NCBI GenBank assembly: GCA_963842455.1
Contig: CAWJHE010000005.1
Span: 21,909-85,908, forward strand
Length of the DNA: 64,000 bases
DNA from: an uncultured Chloroflexia bacterium
GTDB lineage: Bacteria > Chloroflexota > Anaerolineae > Anaerolineales > UBA4823
Direction of reading: 5' to 3'
The notes under the pieces are model-generated. The model did not search any database. It saw nothing but the letters and a program-made list of their open reading frames with translations, and was not told the origin of the DNA. Positions 28,003 to 37,770 of the stretch are shown here, one piece after another. Position 1 is the first letter of the stretch, and each line of letters starts with the position of its first letter. The translations under genes and the position numbers were made by a program.

Positions 28003-28671
28003 ATGAATATGTTAATTATTGGATGCGGCAGGGTAGGTGCTGAGCTTGCCATGCGTTTATATCGCAATGGGCATACTGTTATAGTTGTAGATAGTACGGA
28101 ATCAGCATTTCAAAATTTACCTGTAGATTTTCGTGGTCGTACAGTGCAGGGCGAAGTGCTTAATAAAGATGTTTTGCAGCGCGCCGGTATTGAAGACGTG
28201 GATGGATTGGCGGCTGTGACGAATAATGATGCGCTGAACGCGGTCGTAGGGCATTTAGCCCGAAAACATTATAGTGTTCCAGTTGTTGTGGTGCGAAATT
28301 ATGATTCTCGCTGGCGTACGGTTCATGAAACCTTTGGGATACAAACTATCAGCTCTTCAAGTTGGGGGGCGCAACGGATAGAGGAGTTGCTCTACCAGCA
28401 AAATACCCGCACAGTCTTTTCTGCTGGTAATGGGGAGGTAGAGTTATATGAATTTGCAGTACCTGAAGAGTGGGATGGGAAATCATTATCAAATTTAATG
28501 CCACAAGCGGAATGTGTTTTGGCCGCGTTAACTCGAGCAGGAAAAGCTATGCTCCCGGACTGCGAGATCGATTTGATGTCCGGTGATATTGTTCTAGTAT
28601 CTGCCACCCTGGCAGGTAGTGAAGCAATCCGGCAGCGTTTAAGCCAGGGACCTGGCTTGGAAGATAAATAG
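28003..28671 (+). CDS. trkA: TrkA-family (RCK) potassium uptake regulatory protein
   Basis: GCGRVG Rossmann motif, TrkA_N plus TrkA_C. Confidence 0.85.
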   Translation: MNMLIIGCGRVGAELAMRLYRNGHTVIVVDSTESAFQNLPVDFRGRTVQGEVLNKDVLQRAGIEDVDGLAAVTNNDALNAVVGHLARKHYSVPVVVVRNYDSRWRTVHETFGIQTISSSSWGAQRIEELLYQQNTRTVFSAGNGEVELYEFAVPEEWDGKSLSNLMPQAECVLAALTRAGKAMLPDCEIDLMSGDIVLVSATLAGSEAIRQRLSQGPGLEDK

Positions 28672-28681
28672 GAGATTGGCT

Positions 28682-29350
28682 ATGTTTGTATTGATTGCAG
28701 GCGGAGGCCGGACAGGCACCCAGTTAGCGAGCACATTGCTGGAACAGGACCATAAGGTAGTTGTGGTTGAACATCGCCGTGATATTTTAGATCGTTTGCA
28801 TCGCGAATTGCCAACGGAAGTCATCTACGAGGGAAATGCGACAGAACCTGAAGTATTGGAGCGAGCTGGTGTACGCCAGGCGCAGGTCGTTGCTGCATGC
28901 GCCTCATCCGATGAGGACAACCTGGTTTTTTGTTACCTTTGCCGTGAACATTTTGGGATTCCAAGAACCATCGCGAGAATTAACAACCCGAGAAATGCTT
29001 GGTTATTTGATGATAAATTTCACGTGGATGTAGCCCTTAATCATTCTGCTGTAATGGCCAGTTTGATCCAGGAAGAAATGTCTCTTGGCGACATGATGAC
29101 TTTACTTAAGCTGCGTCGCGGAGATTACTCTCTAGTGGAAGAAAAAATTCCAGAACGAGCCCCAGCAGTTGGCGTAGCTTTGAAGGATCTGGGATTGACA
29201 GAAGGCTGTGTGATTGCGGCGATTATTCGCAATGGAAAAATGGAGCTGCCGCGTGGAGCAACAGTTTTCCAGCAAGGTGATGAGGTGCTGGCTATTGCTG
29301 ACCAAAAGGGGATGGAACATATGCAGCAGCTATTTACATCCACTCATTGA
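28682..29350 (+). CDS. trkA: Second TrkA-family (RCK) protein
   Basis: IAGGGRTG, DEDNL, ARINNPRN, IIRNG...GDEV. Confidence 0.87.
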   Translation: MFVLIAGGGRTGTQLASTLLEQDHKVVVVEHRRDILDRLHRELPTEVIYEGNATEPEVLERAGVRQAQVVAACASSDEDNLVFCYLCREHFGIPRTIARINNPRNAWLFDDKFHVDVALNHSAVMASLIQEEMSLGDMMTLLKLRRGDYSLVEEKIPERAPAVGVALKDLGLTEGCVIAAIIRNGKMELPRGATVFQQGDEVLAIADQKGMEHMQQLFTSTH

Positions 29351-29358
29351 TTAGCGGA

Positions 29359-30105
29359 TTAATCCACACAGAGATTATCTTCCTCCGGATCTTCGAAAAT
29401 CTTTGTGCGATTAAGTTCGTTCCATACGCCATCAGGTTTTACAAGGATTTCCACAAGATAAGTGGAGTGAGGTCCACAACCGCATAATTTATAATCAAAT
29501 AAATACACAAGGTAACCTTCTTGTGTTTGTTTTACGTGGGTATCTTCGATCGTATCGATAAAGTAACGTAAGGTCTTTCTTACCTCCAAATCATAAAGGG
29601 CATCCAGGCCTGTGATTCCTATGGCATAGCTCAGGGCTTCTTCTGAAGTTTCTATCGGCGCGTATATGGATTGGAACTCTGCTTTTGATTGGATCAGTTC
29701 GAAATGGTCGTCTTTCCAGATAACATATCGAATATATTGCTTCTGAAGGCAACCTGCAGAATAGATATAATCGTTTGCTGCGAGTTTTTGTTCGGAGGGT
29801 AATGTTCGTGTCAAGCAGATGTGAATAGGGTGATTGGGTTGCAAAGCTCCTACGAGATGATTTGTTGGACGGATCATCTGGCAGCCCAATTCTGATAGGG
29901 TGCTACCTGGGCTGCAACGTTGAAAACCGTTTTCTAACGGGCAACCCACATCTTCAAAAGGCTGATGATTTTGTATTACTTCTGGTTTGGTATGGTTGGT
30001 TATCTTGGGTAGGTTTGATTGGGTTACAGAACAGGCGATTGATATCAGGATCAGAGTGGAAAATGCTAGGATTGTTTGAAAGATGAACCTCTGGTTTTGA
30101 TTCAT
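29359..30105 (-). CDS. Cys-rich hypothetical lipoprotein
   Basis: Signal peptide with ISIAC lipobox; eight further Cys including CGCGPH. Confidence 0.75.
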   Translation of the reverse strand: MNQNQRFIFQTILAFSTLILISIACSVTQSNLPKITNHTKPEVIQNHQPFEDVGCPLENGFQRCSPGSTLSELGCQMIRPTNHLVGALQPNHPIHICLTRTLPSEQKLAANDYIYSAGCLQKQYIRYVIWKDDHFELIQSKAEFQSIYAPIETSEEALSYAIGITGLDALYDLEVRKTLRYFIDTIEDTHVKQTQEGYLVYLFDYKLCGCGPHSTYLVEILVKPDGVWNELNRTKIFEDPEEDNLCVD

Positions 30106-30391
30106 AGGCTACAACCTCACTCAACAAATTAGACGTGTTTGCTTTCTTTGATTATAGTATGTATCTTCTCCAAATGCGAAGAGAAGCTATGAGGACAGTT
30201 TTGCATCCTTTTTTGGTGGTTCATTCATGCGCGCGGATCTTGGCTCGACGGGTCAATAAATTTATCTATAGTCAATCAACAAAAACATGAATATTGAATG
30301 ACCTTTAATAAATAGCAGTTTCTTAAGCGGGGTATAATTTATTAGCAATTATCCAAGAAATTTGAATGGTAGCCATTCTAAGGAGTTTCCG

Positions 30392-32614
30392 ATGCCAATC
30401 ATTGGTCAGTCTGTCACGCGCGTAGATGCTGTATCAAAAGTTACCGGAGATGCTCTTTATCCAGGCGATATCCATATGCCAGACCAGGCGTATATGAAGG
30501 TGCTATTCGCAAGGCGCCCTCATGCGATTGTCAAACGCATTGATATCAGCCAGGCAGAAGCTCTAGATGGGGTACTGGCGGTTTTTACAGCGAAAGATGT
30601 GCCAGTCAATGAATATGGCTTGGGCATTCCCGACCAACCTGTTTTGTGCGGTCCTGGCTCGAAAAAGCCCTTTGCTGATCGTGTGCGTTTTATTGGCGAC
30701 CAGGTGGCGCTAGTTGTGGCGGAATCTGAAATGATCGCTGCGGCTGCTTTGGATTTGATTGAAGTGGATTACGAGGATTTACCCGTGGTTGATGAGCCTT
30801 TGGCAGCCATGCAATCAAGCGCTCCTTTATTACACCCTGATCGAGATTCAAATGTTTTCTGTCATTATCGCATACGCAAAGGGGATGTTGAGACGGCTTT
30901 CTCTAAATCTGATGTGATTATCGAAGGCGAGTACCGCACGCCGGCTCAAGAGCATGCATATCTCCAACCCGAAGCGGGATTGGGATATATTGACGATGAA
31001 GGACGTGTCACGGTTACCATAGCTGGTCAATGGACGCATAAGGATCAACAACAAATTGCCCATGCCCTTGATTTGCCGTTGGAGCAGGTACGGGTAATCT
31101 ATCCAGCAATTGGTGGTGCTTTTGGTGGGCGTGAAGATATGTCTTTGCAAATTGTCCTTGCCCTAGCTGCTTGGAGGTTACATCAACGAGGCATTCGGCG
31201 ACCTGTCAAAACCATCTGGTCACGAGAGGAATCGATTATTGGTCACCATAAACGCCACCCCTACATCATTCGTACACGCTGGGGAGCAAGTAAAGAAGGA
31301 AAAATTCTGGCAGCAGAGGTAGAGGTAATTGAGGATGGGGGTGCTTATGCGTACACATCAACAAAGGTTTTAGGAAACGCCACCTTGATGTGTACGGGTC
31401 CGTATGAGATTCCGAATGTAAAGGTAGATTCTTACGCTGTTTATACCAACAATATCCCTGGCGGAGCGTTCCGTGGGTTTGGTGGACCGCAAGGAGCCTT
31501 TGAAGCAGAAACTCAACTGAACCGCATCGCAGAGGCGTTGGGAATGGATCCTGTTGAGCTGCGCATGCGAAATGTTCTCCGGGAGGGTTCTTTGCTGTCG
31601 GTAGGCACACCTTTGCCCAAGGGAGTCAGTATGCCACAGGTGATCGAAAAGTGTGCGGCTGAGTCTGGCTGGCAAAAATCATCGCAAGGCTGGGGTAAAT
31701 CCAGGGAAGACGTACGTCTTTCTGGAAAACTGCCAGATCACATCAAGCGAGGCAAGGGTTTTGCTGCTTCCTTTAAGAACGTAGGTTTCTCATTCGGAGC
31801 ACCTGAGAATTGTTGGGCAACCGCTGAGATCTATGGGGCTGCGGAGATTGAACGCGTAGTTATCCGGCATGCTGCTGCTGAGGTCGGTCAAGGTACACAC
31901 ACTGCGATTGCACAAATGGCAGCGGACGCAGCGAATGTACCGCTAGAATGTATCCAATTGATTGTTTCAGACACAGCGGAAACAAAGGATTCTGGCAGTG
32001 TTTCTGCATCACGAATGACATTTATGGCAGGAAATTCAGTCAAGGGTGCAGTTGAGGCTGCTTTGGAAAAATGGAAAGCTGAAGAGCGCCCGGCAATAGC
32101 AACATACCAGTATTGGCCTCCCAAGACTACACCGTATGATCCTCAAACAGGAAAATCTGAACCGAATTTCTCCTATGGTTATGTGGCTCAAACTGCCTGG
32201 ATTGAGGTGGACACAGAAACAGGACATGTACGCATATTAGATTTGGTATCAGTGAATGATGTGGGGCGTGCGGTTAACCCTCAACAAGTTCAAGGGCAGA
32301 TTGAAGGAGCCGTGGTCCAGGCAGCTGGTTATGCGATTTTAGAAAATTTTGTACAGCGAGACGGGTATGTTCAAACCCCACATCTTTCAACATACCTCAT
32401 CCCAACTGTTCTTGACATACCTGAACATGTGGAGTCGGTTATTCTTGAATATCCTGACCCAATCGGTCCCTGGGGGGCGCGTGGAATGGCAGAAATGCCA
32501 TTCTTGCCAGTAGCGCCTGCGGTCATTGCTGCCCTGCATGATGCAACCGGTGTCTGGTTTTCCGAATTTCCATTAACGCCTGAACGTGTTCTGCGCGGAT
32601 TGGGAAAAATCTGA
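30392..32614 (+). CDS. Xanthine dehydrogenase-family molybdopterin-binding subunit
   Basis: RVDAVSKVTG, QEHAYLQPE, IGGAFGGRED, AFRGFGGPQ, GQG, GQIEG, GARGMAE. AAGGAG precedes ATG 30392. Confidence 0.93.
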   Translation: MPIIGQSVTRVDAVSKVTGDALYPGDIHMPDQAYMKVLFARRPHAIVKRIDISQAEALDGVLAVFTAKDVPVNEYGLGIPDQPVLCGPGSKKPFADRVRFIGDQVALVVAESEMIAAAALDLIEVDYEDLPVVDEPLAAMQSSAPLLHPDRDSNVFCHYRIRKGDVETAFSKSDVIIEGEYRTPAQEHAYLQPEAGLGYIDDEGRVTVTIAGQWTHKDQQQIAHALDLPLEQVRVIYPAIGGAFGGREDMSLQIVLALAAWRLHQRGIRRPVKTIWSREESIIGHHKRHPYIIRTRWGASKEGKILAAEVEVIEDGGAYAYTSTKVLGNATLMCTGPYEIPNVKVDSYAVYTNNIPGGAFRGFGGPQGAFEAETQLNRIAEALGMDPVELRMRNVLREGSLLSVGTPLPKGVSMPQVIEKCAAESGWQKSSQGWGKSREDVRLSGKLPDHIKRGKGFAASFKNVGFSFGAPENCWATAEIYGAAEIERVVIRHAAAEVGQGTHTAIAQMAADAANVPLECIQLIVSDTAETKDSGSVSASRMTFMAGNSVKGAVEAALEKWKAEERPAIATYQYWPPKTTPYDPQTGKSEPNFSYGYVAQTAWIEVDTETGHVRILDLVSVNDVGRAVNPQQVQGQIEGAVVQAAGYAILENFVQRDGYVQTPHLSTYLIPTVLDIPEHVESVILEYPDPIGPWGARGMAEMPFLPVAPAVIAALHDATGVWFSEFPLTPERVLRGLGKI

Positions 32615-32623
32615 TCAGTTCTC

Positions 32624-33460
32624 ATGAAAAGAGTCAATTCAATGAGATTGAAAACTATCATTTTGGGTGGTGGTGATCTGGCGAGTGGAGTGGCCTTACG
32701 CCTCTTCCGCTCTGGGCTACAAATCATCATCACCGAATTGCCTGAACCGATCATGGTTCGGCGCTTGGTGTCCTTTGGCGAGGCTATGTACCGCGGTGAG
32801 TTTTTGGTTGAAGGAGTTGCCTCAAAACGGATCACGGATGCAGGTGAATTGGATCTGGTTCTTGCTCAGCAAATGATCCCGGTTATCGCTATGCCGGTCA
32901 CGAGTCTGGTTGCACAGATTGAAGAGCAAAGCCCCTTGATCATCGTAGACGCTCGAATGCGAAAACAGGCACCAGAGTTTGACCGAGGCCTGGCGTCTCT
33001 GGTGCTTGGCTTGGGACCAGGATTTGTTGCAGGCAAGAATTGTCATGCGGTTATTGAGACACAACGCGGTCATTGGCTGGGAAGGGTGATCTGGCAGGGA
33101 GAGCCATTGGGGGATACTGGCATACCTGAAAAGGTCCAGATCTACGATTCCGAGCGTGTTTTAAGGGCTCCTGCTGAAGGGATTATCGAATCTTATGCAC
33201 AGATTGGCGATCATCTTCAGCCAGGGCAATGTATCGCGAAGATAGGGAAAGAAAACGTGGTTGCACCTTTTAAGGGAGTGTTGCGGGGCTTGGTTCATAC
33301 AGGTTTACAAGTAACCCGGGGTATGAAAATTGGTGATGTGGATCCTCGCGATGATCCGCGTTATTGCATACAAGTTTCCGACAAGTCTTTAGCCATTGGC
33401 GGCGCAGTTCTTGAAGCCATCCTGACAAAAGAAGAATTTCGTCCATTATTGTGGAAGTGA
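32624..33460 (+). CDS. yqeB: Selenium-dependent molybdenum hydroxylase system protein YqeB (short form, no XdhC domain)
   Basis: GGGDLASGVA, VDARMRK, LGPGFVAG, VIETQRGH, ERVLRAP, KIGDVDPR, SDKSLAIGG. Confidence 0.9.
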   Translation: MKRVNSMRLKTIILGGGDLASGVALRLFRSGLQIIITELPEPIMVRRLVSFGEAMYRGEFLVEGVASKRITDAGELDLVLAQQMIPVIAMPVTSLVAQIEEQSPLIIVDARMRKQAPEFDRGLASLVLGLGPGFVAGKNCHAVIETQRGHWLGRVIWQGEPLGDTGIPEKVQIYDSERVLRAPAEGIIESYAQIGDHLQPGQCIAKIGKENVVAPFKGVLRGLVHTGLQVTRGMKIGDVDPRDDPRYCIQVSDKSLAIGGAVLEAILTKEEFRPLLWK

Positions 33461-33466
33461 GTTTTT

Positions 33467-34825
33467 TTGAAACTGATTGAAGCGCTTCGATTGGACAATA
33501 AAACTCGTTTGGCTCTGGTTGGCGCTGGCGGCAAAACGAGCGCACTCTTCCGGCTGGGACGTGAATTATTGGAAATGAATCAGCAATCAATCCCAATGGT
33601 ATGGCTGAGCTCAACGACGCACCTTTCCCAGAACCAGCTAGGTTACGCTGACCAGCATATTGAACTCAGTGATGAATCATCCGATTTCCAGAAATTCATG
33701 GAACCGTCTGCAAAAGGAACGGTATTGTTTACGGGTCCGTCTGTTGAAAATGAGCGTACAGCTGGATTGAGTTTACCCGTTTTAGATGCAATAAGAGCTC
33801 AAGCAGATTTCCTGAATATCCCGATCATTGTCGAAGCGGATGGCTCAAAAAGGCTGCCGGCAAAAGCACCAGCTACACATGAGCCGGTTATTCCTGATTG
33901 GATTGAGCAGGTAGTTGTTTTGGCAGGTCTTTCCGTTCTGGGGAAACCTTTGACGCAGGATTGGGTCCACCGGCCGGAAATTTTTTCCAAGCTGAGTGGA
34001 CTTCCGATGGGAGAAAAAGTGACGCGAGAAGCCCTGGTTAATGTTCTGGGCAACCGGTCGGGGGGACTGAAAGGCATCCCGGAGCATGCCAGGAAAGTTT
34101 TGTTGCTCAACCAGGCGCTTAGTGCAGAACAGCAAGCTGCTGGACAGTGGATTGCTTCGCAATTATTAGGCAAGTTTGATGCGGTTGTTTTAGCACAACT
34201 TCAACCGCCCGTTGGTGAAGGTGAGGTCCTGGCCGTGTATGAACGTGTTGCAGGCGTTGTATTGGCTGCAGGAGCTTCTAAAAGATTAGGTAGACCAAAG
34301 CAGTTATTGGTTTGGCGCAATCATTCCCTGGTTTTTCATGCAGCATCGATTGGATTGAAAGCTGGTCTGGATCCGGTAATGGTAGTAACTGGTTATTCTG
34401 GGCAGGAAGTTGCCAGCGAAGTTCGAGAGTTAGCGGTTGGGGTCGTGGAAAATCTGGATTGGCAAAGTGGGCAAAGCTCATCTGTGTCCGCGGCGATCCA
34501 GGCTTTACCCAAAGATGTTGGAGCGGTGATTTTTCTTTTGTCAGATCAGCCTCTGATCCCCGTTGATCTGGTTCAGGGATTGGTTGCATTGCATGCGGAG
34601 ACCTTAGCACCCATTGTCGCGCCATTAATAAAAGGCAGGCGAACAAACCCGGTTTTATTTGATCGTAAACTGTTCTTTGAACTATCTCAATTGTCTGGCG
34701 ACACAGGCGGTCGGGTTTTATTTTCTCGCTATCCGGTAAAGTGGCTAGACTGGTATCAAGATGGCGTTGATCTGGATATTGATACAGACCAGGACTATCA
34801 ATATTTACTTTCTTTGGATGATTAA
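33467..34825 (+). CDS. yqeC: YqeC selenium-cofactor protein fused to a MocA-like nucleotidyltransferase
   Basis: N-terminal half: VGAGGKTS, STTH, VEADGSKRLPAKAPATHEPVIP. C-terminal half: LAAGASKRLGRPKQLL, GQSSS, DQP, GDTGGR, DIDT. Confidence 0.88.
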   Translation: MKLIEALRLDNKTRLALVGAGGKTSALFRLGRELLEMNQQSIPMVWLSSTTHLSQNQLGYADQHIELSDESSDFQKFMEPSAKGTVLFTGPSVENERTAGLSLPVLDAIRAQADFLNIPIIVEADGSKRLPAKAPATHEPVIPDWIEQVVVLAGLSVLGKPLTQDWVHRPEIFSKLSGLPMGEKVTREALVNVLGNRSGGLKGIPEHARKVLLLNQALSAEQQAAGQWIASQLLGKFDAVVLAQLQPPVGEGEVLAVYERVAGVVLAAGASKRLGRPKQLLVWRNHSLVFHAASIGLKAGLDPVMVVTGYSGQEVASEVRELAVGVVENLDWQSGQSSSVSAAIQALPKDVGAVIFLLSDQPLIPVDLVQGLVALHAETLAPIVAPLIKGRRTNPVLFDRKLFFELSQLSGDTGGRVLFSRYPVKWLDWYQDGVDLDIDTDQDYQYLLSLDD

Positions 34826-34868
34826 TTAAAAACGAGGTTTATTTTGCCAGGGATTGTAGTTTAATCAG

Positions 34869-35471
34869 ATGGTTGCGAAAAGAGACCCACTGGTCGGCGC
34901 CGTTGTGCTGGCAGCCGGTATGTCCCGCAGGATGGGGAAACCGAAACTGGTTCTTCCCTGGGGAGATACTACAGTTATTGGTCAGGTTGTCCGTGTCTTA
35001 CAGCAAGCTGGTGTCTTAGAAATTGTGGTGGTGACAGGTGGAGACCGTAAAAGGGTTGAAGAAGCGCTCGCTGGTTTTCCTGTGAAGCTTGTTCAGAATG
35101 AGCATTACAGGGAAGATCATATGTTGCTCTCTTTGCAGACAGGCATACAACATTTGAGCGAGCGTGTAGAGGCTGTATTTGTGGTCTTGGGTGACCAGCC
35201 TCAAATTAAGCCGGATGTCATTACGGCACTGTTATGTCATTATGTTGTGAACCATCCAAAATTGTTGGCGCCAAGTTTTCAAAACCGTCGCGGGCATCCC
35301 TGGCTGGTCGATCAAAAAATTTGGCCGGATTTACTGAAACAACTTCCCCCCACAACCTTGAGACAGTGGTTGCATAATTGGACTGACGAGATGGATTACC
35401 TGGTAGTCCAAAGCGATACCATTTTTAGAGATTTAGACACTCCTGGAGATTACCTCCGTGAGCGACCTTGA
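34869..35471 (+). CDS. MocA-like molybdenum cofactor cytidylyltransferase
   Basis: LAAGMSRRMGKPK, GDQP, RGHP, DLDTPGDY. Confidence 0.85.
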   Translation: MVAKRDPLVGAVVLAAGMSRRMGKPKLVLPWGDTTVIGQVVRVLQQAGVLEIVVVTGGDRKRVEEALAGFPVKLVQNEHYREDHMLLSLQTGIQHLSERVEAVFVVLGDQPQIKPDVITALLCHYVVNHPKLLAPSFQNRRGHPWLVDQKIWPDLLKQLPPTTLRQWLHNWTDEMDYLVVQSDTIFRDLDTPGDYLRERP

Positions 35472-35688
35472 TAAGGTCGTCGAATCAATATGAAATACCC
35501 TTGCATTCTTGCCAAACATATGCTATTTTCAGGGTGTTAGCTCCAGAAAGGTAATTGATTTATACCGGTGGTTGTTTGATTGGTGAGATGCACGATGATA
35601 TTTCTTCATTTGGTCAGCTTGGGCAAGTGTCTCATTTCACTGTTTACATTGCAGGTGTTCTTATAAATATATTTGTTGGGAGAAGTGA

Positions 35689-36066
35689 ATGGCTAGAGAT
35701 AAAAGTATTGTGATTGTTGATGACGAGATTGAAACAGTCGAAATGTTCTCTGAGATGATGCGCTTGGGCGGTTTTCAGGTCTATAAATCCATTGGTGGGG
35801 CTAAGGCGATTGAATTGATTTCTGAAACCAGGCCTTCCGTGGTTTTGTTAGATTTGATGATGGCTGATGTGTCAGGTTTAGACATATTGAATTATATTCG
35901 GCGTGATCCGGGCTTAGAAAAAACACCTGTGATCGTTGTTACCGCCAAGAGCTTTCCCGAGGATATCCGCACCTGTATGGAAGCTGGAGCGAGCTTGTTT
36001 CTGGAAAAACCTGTTGCCTATAAAGATTTACGCAAAGCTGTCGAGCAGATGGTAGGAAAACTATAA
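35689..36066 (+). CDS. Single-domain response regulator receiver
   Basis: IVDDE, LLDLMM, VTA, KP. Confidence 0.9.
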   Translation: MARDKSIVIVDDEIETVEMFSEMMRLGGFQVYKSIGGAKAIELISETRPSVVLLDLMMADVSGLDILNYIRRDPGLEKTPVIVVTAKSFPEDIRTCMEAGASLFLEKPVAYKDLRKAVEQMVGKL

Positions 36067-36081
36067 TGGTTTTCTTGAGAA

Positions 36082-36681
36082 GTGTCAAATAGCGAAAAAG
36101 ATATGAGTGTTATTCGGGCATTTATCGCAATCACATTGTCTGAAGAAATCTACCAGGGCATTGAGCAAGTACTCGATAGTTTACGCGAGAAACTCCCTGA
36201 TGCGCCTTTACGTTGGGTACCTGCCAGGAATATTCACCTAACCATTAAGTTCTTAGGGAATGTATCCATAGCGAACCTGGAAATGCTTAAGAATTCTTTA
36301 GAGGTAGAAGCCCGCCAGCAACCGGCATTTGAAGTAAGTGTTGGCCGGTTTGGCGCTTTTCCAACGGTGAACAGACCGCGAGTTTTGTGGATCGGTGTGG
36401 GACCGTCGAAACCTTTGCAAGCCATCCAGTCTGTGATTGACCATGAGACGGATCGATTAGGGTATCCAAAAGAAGATCGTCCCTTTTCGCCACATTTGAC
36501 CCTGGCCAGGGTTTCTCGGAATGCATCTCCACATGATGTCAAAGCGATTAGCCAGGTAATTTCCAACTTCGAGGTCGGTTTTCTAGGTGCATTTAAGGTA
36601 GAAGATATTCATCTTTATCGCAGCGACCTTCTTCGAGAAGGGGCAGTCTATACACGCTTGTTCTCAGTTCGATTACAATAG
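36082..36681 (+). CDS. thpR: RNA 2',3'-cyclic phosphodiesterase (2H family); start may be 36103
   Basis: RAFIAI, HLTIKFLG, PRVLW, FSPHLTLAR. Confidence 0.92.
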   Translation: MSNSEKDMSVIRAFIAITLSEEIYQGIEQVLDSLREKLPDAPLRWVPARNIHLTIKFLGNVSIANLEMLKNSLEVEARQQPAFEVSVGRFGAFPTVNRPRVLWIGVGPSKPLQAIQSVIDHETDRLGYPKEDRPFSPHLTLARVSRNASPHDVKAISQVISNFEVGFLGAFKVEDIHLYRSDLLREGAVYTRLFSVRLQ

Positions 36682-36731
36682 GTAATGTAAGGAAACACAA
36701 ATATTAAACTACATACCATGAGAGGTGACAT

Positions 36732-37076
36732 CTGAATACGTTAGACATTGCACGCAATATCGTATCATTACTTGAGGAAAAGAAGGGTGAAAACATCGTT
36801 TTATTGGATATCCGCGAATTATCTGATTTCGCGGATTATTTTGTGATTTGTACTGGCACCAGCGATCGCATGTTGGCTGCTCTGGCCGACCAAGTGATCG
36901 ATCATATGCGCAGTGGGTTTCGGATTCGCGGTCGAAAAGAGGGTGAATCCCGAGAAGGCTGGATATTAGTTGATTATGGTGATGTGATTCTGCACCTGTT
37001 TTCTCCCGACAGGCGAGATTATTATCGCCTTGAAGATTTGTGGGGAGACGGAAAAGTAATATTGAGATTACAGTGA
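36732..37076 (+). CDS. rsfS: Ribosome silencing factor, probable CTG start
   Basis: KKGENIVLLD, DYFVICTG, WILVDYGDVILHLF, RDYYRLEDLW. Homology extends upstream of TTG 36804 to CTG 36732, which follows GAGGTGA. Confidence 0.9.
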   Translation: MNTLDIARNIVSLLEEKKGENIVLLDIRELSDFADYFVICTGTSDRMLAALADQVIDHMRSGFRIRGRKEGESREGWILVDYGDVILHLFSPDRRDYYRLEDLWGDGKVILRLQ

Positions 37077-37175
37077 TGGTTGGGTTATTTTTCAAGTCTA
37101 TAAGCTGAAACATCATCAGATTAATAGACTGCCACAGTAAATCCTATTTCTGCCTGGTCACAGAGGAGTCTGAGC

Positions 37176-37673
37176 ATGGAGCAAAAAGCCTTCCAGGATT
37201 ACTATCCTGAATTGTTGAGCCACTGTTATGGATGTGGACGGCTAAATGAATATGGCTTGCAAATCAAAAGTTACTGGGATGGGGATGAAAGTGTGTGTGT
37301 GTTTCAACCGCGGGCGTATCATACAGCCGTACCTGGCTATGTTTATGGCGGGTTGATTGCTTCATTAATCGATTGCCACAGCACAGGAACGGCCGCAGCT
37401 GCTGCCTATCGAGCAGACGATCGCCCCATGGATTCGGAGCCGGCTTACCGTTTTCTCACAGCCTCTTTGCATGTTGACTACCTGAGCCCAACCCCAATTG
37501 ATGGGCCTCTGGAAATTCGCGGGATGGTCAAGGAGATCAAAGGTCGAAAAGTGGTGATCACCACCAATTTACTTGCTAAGGGAAAGGTCTGCGCACGCGG
37601 GGAAGTTGTGGCAGTCCAGGTTCCACAGGCGTTTTTGGATCAGCTGGAAGAGGAACAAAGCCCTAAGCAATAG
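37176..37673 (+). CDS. PaaI/hotdog-fold thioesterase
   Basis: HCYGCG, YGGLIASLIDCH, TASLHVDYLSPTP. Confidence 0.85.
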   Translation: MEQKAFQDYYPELLSHCYGCGRLNEYGLQIKSYWDGDESVCVFQPRAYHTAVPGYVYGGLIASLIDCHSTGTAAAAAYRADDRPMDSEPAYRFLTASLHVDYLSPTPIDGPLEIRGMVKEIKGRKVVITTNLLAKGKVCARGEVVAVQVPQAFLDQLEEEQSPKQ

Positions 37674-37683
37674 AAATACCACA

Positions 37684-37726
37684 AACGTCTCACCCAGTTG
37701 TTTTTGCATAAACGAGGTGAGACGTT
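37684..37726. terminator. Stem-loop between convergent genes, probable terminator
   Basis: AACGTCTCACC...GGTGAGACGTT, 11-bp inverted repeat. Confidence 0.5.
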
Positions 37727-37770
37727 GTAATATTCTCAAACTTTATTCAAGCAATTATCTTGATCAGATT

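Noticed and set aside
30106-35471. Moco riboswitch, or selenocysteine UGA readthrough in the xdh/yqe locus
   Set aside because: No riboswitch motif seen; the TGA stops fall at the expected protein ends with no continued homology.
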